This document shows positions 39,134 to 42,592 of a DNA stretch of 42,592 bases, piece after piece. The notes below the pieces were generated by a model. That model did no database searches and was not told where the DNA came from. It saw nothing but the letters and a program-made list of their open reading frames with translations. The DNA lies in NCBI GenBank assembly GCA_040755315.1, contig JBFMBF010000009.1, forward strand, positions 1-42,592, given 5' to 3'. This DNA is from Candidatus Hadarchaeota archaeon. GTDB taxonomy: Archaea > Hadarchaeota > Hadarchaeia > Hadarchaeales > Hadarchaeaceae. The number at the start of each line of letters is the position of its first letter. Within the stretch, counting starts at the first letter, position 1. The position numbers were made by a program, and so were the translations under genes.

Positions 39134-39595
39134 TCACCTCTTCGTCCTCTCCGCGGCCAGGTTCACAGCGTCAATCAGCTTCATGTATCCTGTGCAGCGG
39201 CAGAGAACCCCGTCCAAGGCCTTCTTTATCTCGTCCTCGCTCGGGTGCGGGTTTGAATCAAGCAGGGCCTTTGTCGAGAGAATCATGGCCGGAGTGCAGA
39301 AGCCGCACTGGACCGCGCCAGCGTCCGCGAACGCCAGCTGGATGGCGTGGGGGCGCTCGTCCTTGCTCAGACCCTCTATCGTGGTTATCTCCCTGCCACT
39401 CGCCTGCGCCGCGAACATCAGGCATGACTTGACCGGCTTTCCGTCGACCAGGACGGTGCAGACGCCGCACTCCCCCGTGCCGCAGCCGTTCTTCACCCCA
39501 TAGTAGCCCTCGCGCCTGAGCACATGGAGGAGCCTCTCATGGGGCTCGAAGACCAGCTTTTTCTCCTCGCCGTTTATCTTGCAGATTATTTCCAC
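39134..39595 (-). CDS. Xanthine dehydrogenase-family 2Fe-2S subunit
   Basis: GCGTGECGVCTV, QCGFCTP, CRCTGY. Confidence 0.95.
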   Translation of the reverse strand: MEIICKINGEEKKLVFEPHERLLHVLRREGYYGVKNGCGTGECGVCTVLVDGKPVKSCLMFAAQASGREITTIEGLSKDERPHAIQLAFADAGAVQCGFCTPAMILSTKALLDSNPHPSEDEIKKALDGVLCRCTGYMKLIDAVNLAAERTKR

Positions 39596-40387
39596 TCACT
39601 CGCCTCCCACAACATCCGCTAGGGCCCTGCGCAACAGCACCCCAAGAACTTCTCTCATGTAGTCCTCGCTGGCGAGGATGCTTTTGTATATCGGCAGGCT
39701 CGGTAGATGATTTTTCACTGCTGATTCCACCGCTTCCGGCGCCATCCCCTCAAGCTCCCACTCGAGCTTCTTCAGGCGGCCGAGCCTGCAGTTGCCAGAT
39801 ACCGCCAGCCTGACCTTTGAGATGTTCTGTTCTGCCATCTCAGCGTAGGCAGCCACAGTCAGGATTGAATAATCTGTCTTTGTCCTTGCGAACTTGATGA
39901 AGCTGCCCTTCCCCGGGAGGCTCCTCGGGAGGACGACCTCTTTTATCAGCTCGCTGCTCTTTTGCCTAGCGCCCAGGAACTTTTCGAGCGGGACCGGGCG
40001 CTTTCGGCCAGCCGTCAAAATCTCGGCGTCCAGCACAAGCAACGCGGGAGGGAGGTTGGCCCACGGGAACCTGCACGCGATGTCCCCACCGACAGTAATC
40101 ATGTTTCTAAGGGGAGTGTCCGACAGTGTCGAGCAGGCGGCGCGCAATATTCCCGACGCAAGCCCGGCCGCCTCCGACTTCTCCAGGTCTGAGATAGTCG
40201 CTCCGGCGCCGATGTGAATGTTGTTTTTGTCTGCCTTGATGTAGCCCAGCCCCAGTCGCGTGATGCCCACGAGGTGGGAGACTTTTGGCTGCCTGGTGAA
40301 AGATGTCGCCCCCGCCACCGCGATGCTGGATGACCTCCTGAGCAGCCTTGCCGCCTCGGCCAAGTTCTTCGGGTGGTGAAACTCCAT
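39596..40387 (-). CDS. Xanthine dehydrogenase-family FAD subunit
   Basis: HPKNLAEA, AGAT, IGAGATI, RNMITVGGDI. Confidence 0.88.
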   Translation of the reverse strand: MEFHHPKNLAEAARLLRRSSSIAVAGATSFTRQPKVSHLVGITRLGLGYIKADKNNIHIGAGATISDLEKSEAAGLASGILRAACSTLSDTPLRNMITVGGDIACRFPWANLPPALLVLDAEILTAGRKRPVPLEKFLGARQKSSELIKEVVLPRSLPGKGSFIKFARTKTDYSILTVAAYAEMAEQNISKVRLAVSGNCRLGRLKKLEWELEGMAPEAVESAVKNHLPSLPIYKSILASEDYMREVLGVLLRRALADVVGGE

Positions 40388-40450
40388 TCAACCTCCTCCG
40401 ATGACCATCCCAACCCAGATATCGTCGCCGTCTTTTAACGTTTTGTTCAG
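40386..40450 (-). repeat. 65-bp orphan copy of the moaD 3' end
   Basis: 64/65 identical to 41527-41591; carries GGAGGAGGTTGA-ATG for the FAD subunit. Confidence 0.93.
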
Positions 40451-40490
40451 ACTGGTAGGTTTGCCATCACTTGCTGGGCATCCCACAAAC

Positions 40491-40532
40491 TATTTAAATT
40501 TTGAAACAGTTGTTTAAATAATGAAACAGTTG
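40491..40532. promoter_or_regulatory. Candidate promoter/operator of the MNT-HEPN pair
   Basis: Inverted TATTTAAA...TTTAAATA (40491-40520) and direct repeat TGAAACAGTTG at 40502 and 40522. Confidence 0.5.
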
Positions 40533-41069
40533 ACCAAAAAAGAGCTGGATGTACTGGCCCACTTTTTCGAGGACCCAATGGAAGAGGTTTACCTGCGCGA
40601 ACTTGCCCGCAGGATAAAGATGAGCGCGGCCACCGCCATGCGCGCCACCCAACTTCTGGTCAAGAAAAACCTGCTTGTGAAACGTGTAGAAAGGAACGCC
40701 ACATATTTCAAAGCCAACATCACGCCGGAGTTCAGGGAGATGAAAAAGGCCCACACGGTATCAAAGATATTCGACGCTGGGGTGGTTGGCCTGATCAGGG
40801 AAAGGTCGGCTGGTCTGGCATCCATGCTGCTTTACGGAAGCGCCGCAAAAGGGGAAGACAGCCCCGACAGCGACTATGACTTTCTTGTCATAGCTTCAAG
40901 GTGCGATGTAAATTCTGACGAGCTTTCGGGAAGGCTCGGCAGGGAAACCAACCTCAAAGTGTTCGACGCCGCGGGGTGGAAAAATGTTTCCAAGAAAAAC
41001 AGGGCCTTTTACTTGGATGTTATAAGCAACTCTATACCACTTTACGGTGAAAAGCCGGTGATAGATTGA
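40521..41069 (+). CDS. wHTH-fused minimal nucleotidyltransferase (MNT antitoxin)
   Basis: YLRELARRIKMS HTH; LYGSAAKGEDSPDSDYDFLV. Confidence 0.88.
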   Translation: MKQLTKKELDVLAHFFEDPMEEVYLRELARRIKMSAATAMRATQLLVKKNLLVKRVERNATYFKANITPEFREMKKAHTVSKIFDAGVVGLIRERSAGLASMLLYGSAAKGEDSPDSDYDFLVIASRCDVNSDELSGRLGRETNLKVFDAAGWKNVSKKNRAFYLDVISNSIPLYGEKPVID

Positions 41070-41503
41070 CCCTGAACGAATGCTTCGCTTCTGGAAAACT
41101 GCGCAGGATACGCCCAGACATGCTCAAAGCAACAAAATCTCTTGAAGCCGCGGAGGCGAAGTTGAATGGGGCAAAAGCGCTGATGGATGACAACCATGCG
41201 GACGCTGCCCTCTTGTACGCCTACGCCAGCATGTTTGGGGCGGGGAGGGCAATCCTGTACAGAGACGGAATTCAGGAAAAATCCCACTACTGTCTGGCAA
41301 AGTACTTGGAGGAAAAATACTTGAAAACCGGAAAAATAGACCCTGGACTCATCACGCTGCTCAACACGTTCCGTGAGGAAAGACATGAAATCATGTACGG
41401 GTTCGCGGAAGTTGCTGTGAGAAAAGAGGAGGCAAAGGAAGCGATATCAACTGCTGAAAAATTTCTACTAAAAGCTAAGGAACTTTTAAGCAAGAAAATT
41501 TGA
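41066..41503 (+). CDS. HEPN-domain protein (toxin partner)
   Basis: AYASMF..GRAIL, KSHYC, REERHEIMY; 4-nt overlap with the MNT gene. Confidence 0.85.
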   Translation: MTLNECFASGKLRRIRPDMLKATKSLEAAEAKLNGAKALMDDNHADAALLYAYASMFGAGRAILYRDGIQEKSHYCLAKYLEEKYLKTGKIDPGLITLLNTFREERHEIMYGFAEVAVRKEEAKEAISTAEKFLLKAKELLSKKI

Positions 41504-41528
41504 AGTTGCGATTTTGGAATGGTGGGAT

Positions 41529-41759
41529 TCAACCTCCTCCGATGACCATCCCAACCCAGATATCGTCGCCGTCTTTTAACGCTTTGTTCAGGCCGACGAG
41601 CTCACCGTTGACGAAGACCCGCAGCGGTTCCATCTCGCCCTCCTTGAAGTCCAGCCTGAGAAGCATCGCCCTGACTGTTGTCCCTTCCGGAAGCTCTAGC
41701 TCGAGCTTTTCCTTGCGCTGCTGGCGTAGCCCCGGCATGAGCTCGACTTTTACTTTCAT
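41529..41759 (-). CDS. moaD: MoaD/ThiS ubiquitin-like sulfur carrier
   Basis: 76 aa, VFVNG, LKDGDDI, C-terminal GGG. Confidence 0.85.
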   Translation of the reverse strand: MKVKVELMPGLRQQRKEKLELELPEGTTVRAMLLRLDFKEGEMEPLRVFVNGELVGLNKALKDGDDIWVGMVIGGG

Positions 41760-41814
41760 TTTATCACCAAGTAAACTCTTCCAACTTCACTAAAGCGTTC
41801 TTGTTGCCGTTGAC

Positions 41815-42592
41815 TTACTCTCCCTGAGCTTCGTTCTTCTTATTGCTATTTCCCTGCCCCTGGTTCCCGCCAGCGTTGCCCTGCCCTCCGCCGTTTCCTT
41901 GCTCTTGGCTGCTATGGCTTTGTTCGTTGCCATGCTCTTGGGACTGGCTGCTTTGTCCCTGCCCGCCATCCTGGTTACCTTGAGAGTTCTGGTTCCCTTG
42001 GTTTCCCTGCTCTCCACCGTTTCCTTGGCTTTGGTCAGATGATTGGCCGGGCGGCGTCCCCCCCTGCCCCGGCGGCGTGCTCGGCGGACTGTGGCCCTGT
42101 GCCGGATGGCTTACGGAGTGGCCGGGCGGGGATTCGGGTATGTTGCCGTGGTTTTGGCCGCCGCCGTTTCCTTGGCCCGGGTCGATCACCCGGATGTTGT
42201 CGCTCCCCTCGAACAGCACCGCGTGCCACTTCCCGGTCACCGTCAGCTTCACATCGCCGACGCTTGCCAGCGCCTGCACCGCCGCCCTGTCGAACTTGAC
42301 CATCAGCTCGGGCAGGCCGTCTGCGTCGCGATCGACCAGTTGCGGGTCCTTCACGAACCCGTATGTGGGGCTCGACTCCGCCGGGACCGCGTCGTTCAGC
42401 ATTATGGCCGGTATGCCAACGTTCCCGAAATCGTAACCCTGCGGCAGCTCAATGTATGCTGTTACCCACCTGCCGTTGCCCTTCAGGTTCAGGGTGTCCG
42501 GGTCGATGTCGACTGCGGCCGGGATTGAAAATCCGCACGCAGCATCCGCAACATCTGGCGCACTCTCGACGTTCCCTGCCACATCAGCCGCA
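41815..42592 (-). CDS. 5'-partial surface/secreted protein with Gln/Gly/Asn-rich tail
   Basis: Frame is open to the window end; IDPDTLNLK...LMVKFDR...FEGSDNIRV domain, then a low-complexity tail. Confidence 0.75.
   Translation of the reverse strand, partial: AADVAGNVESAPDVADAACGFSIPAAVDIDPDTLNLKGNGRWVTAYIELPQGYDFGNVGIPAIMLNDAVPAESSPTYGFVKDPQLVDRDADGLPELMVKFDRAAVQALASVGDVKLTVTGKWHAVLFEGSDNIRVIDPGQGNGGGQNHGNIPESPPGHSVSHPAQGHSPPSTPPGQGGTPPGQSSDQSQGNGGEQGNQGNQNSQGNQDGGQGQSSQSQEHGNEQSHSSQEQGNGGGQGNAGGNQGQGNSNKKNEAQGE

Overview
Archaeal genomic window. Evidence: a histone-fold gene, an initiator tRNA-Met with a bulge-helix-bulge intron, a PGF-pre-PGF surface protein and ADP-forming acyl-CoA synthetase subunits; Hadarchaeota/MSBL1-like affinity is only an inference. 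Contents in order: a 5'-truncated giant surface protein with Trp-rich repeats and a 624-bp tandem duplication; MinD-like ATPase and wHTH regulator; Trm5/Taw2-like methyltransferase; AcdB and a degenerate AcdA; a histone/cyclic amidohydrolase pair; a purine/pyrimidine catabolic region (SsnA-like, DHOD/PreA-like, ssnA, ygfK, xdhC); a DAP-lysine operon (lysA-lysC-dapA-dapB, asd); a LAGLIDADG-wHTH pseudogene next to the intron-bearing tRNA; TA modules; AOR; and a moaD-xdh operon. The most striking pattern occurs twice: an antisense cargo cassette (ygfK-ssnA, 4.8 kb; MNT-HEPN, 1.1 kb) sits inside an operon, bracketed by a 62-65 bp direct repeat of the 3' end of the upstream gene. Each repeat preserves that gene's stop and the next gene's start context, and no recombinase or transposase is visible. 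Protein calls come from motif recognition by eye, not database searches.
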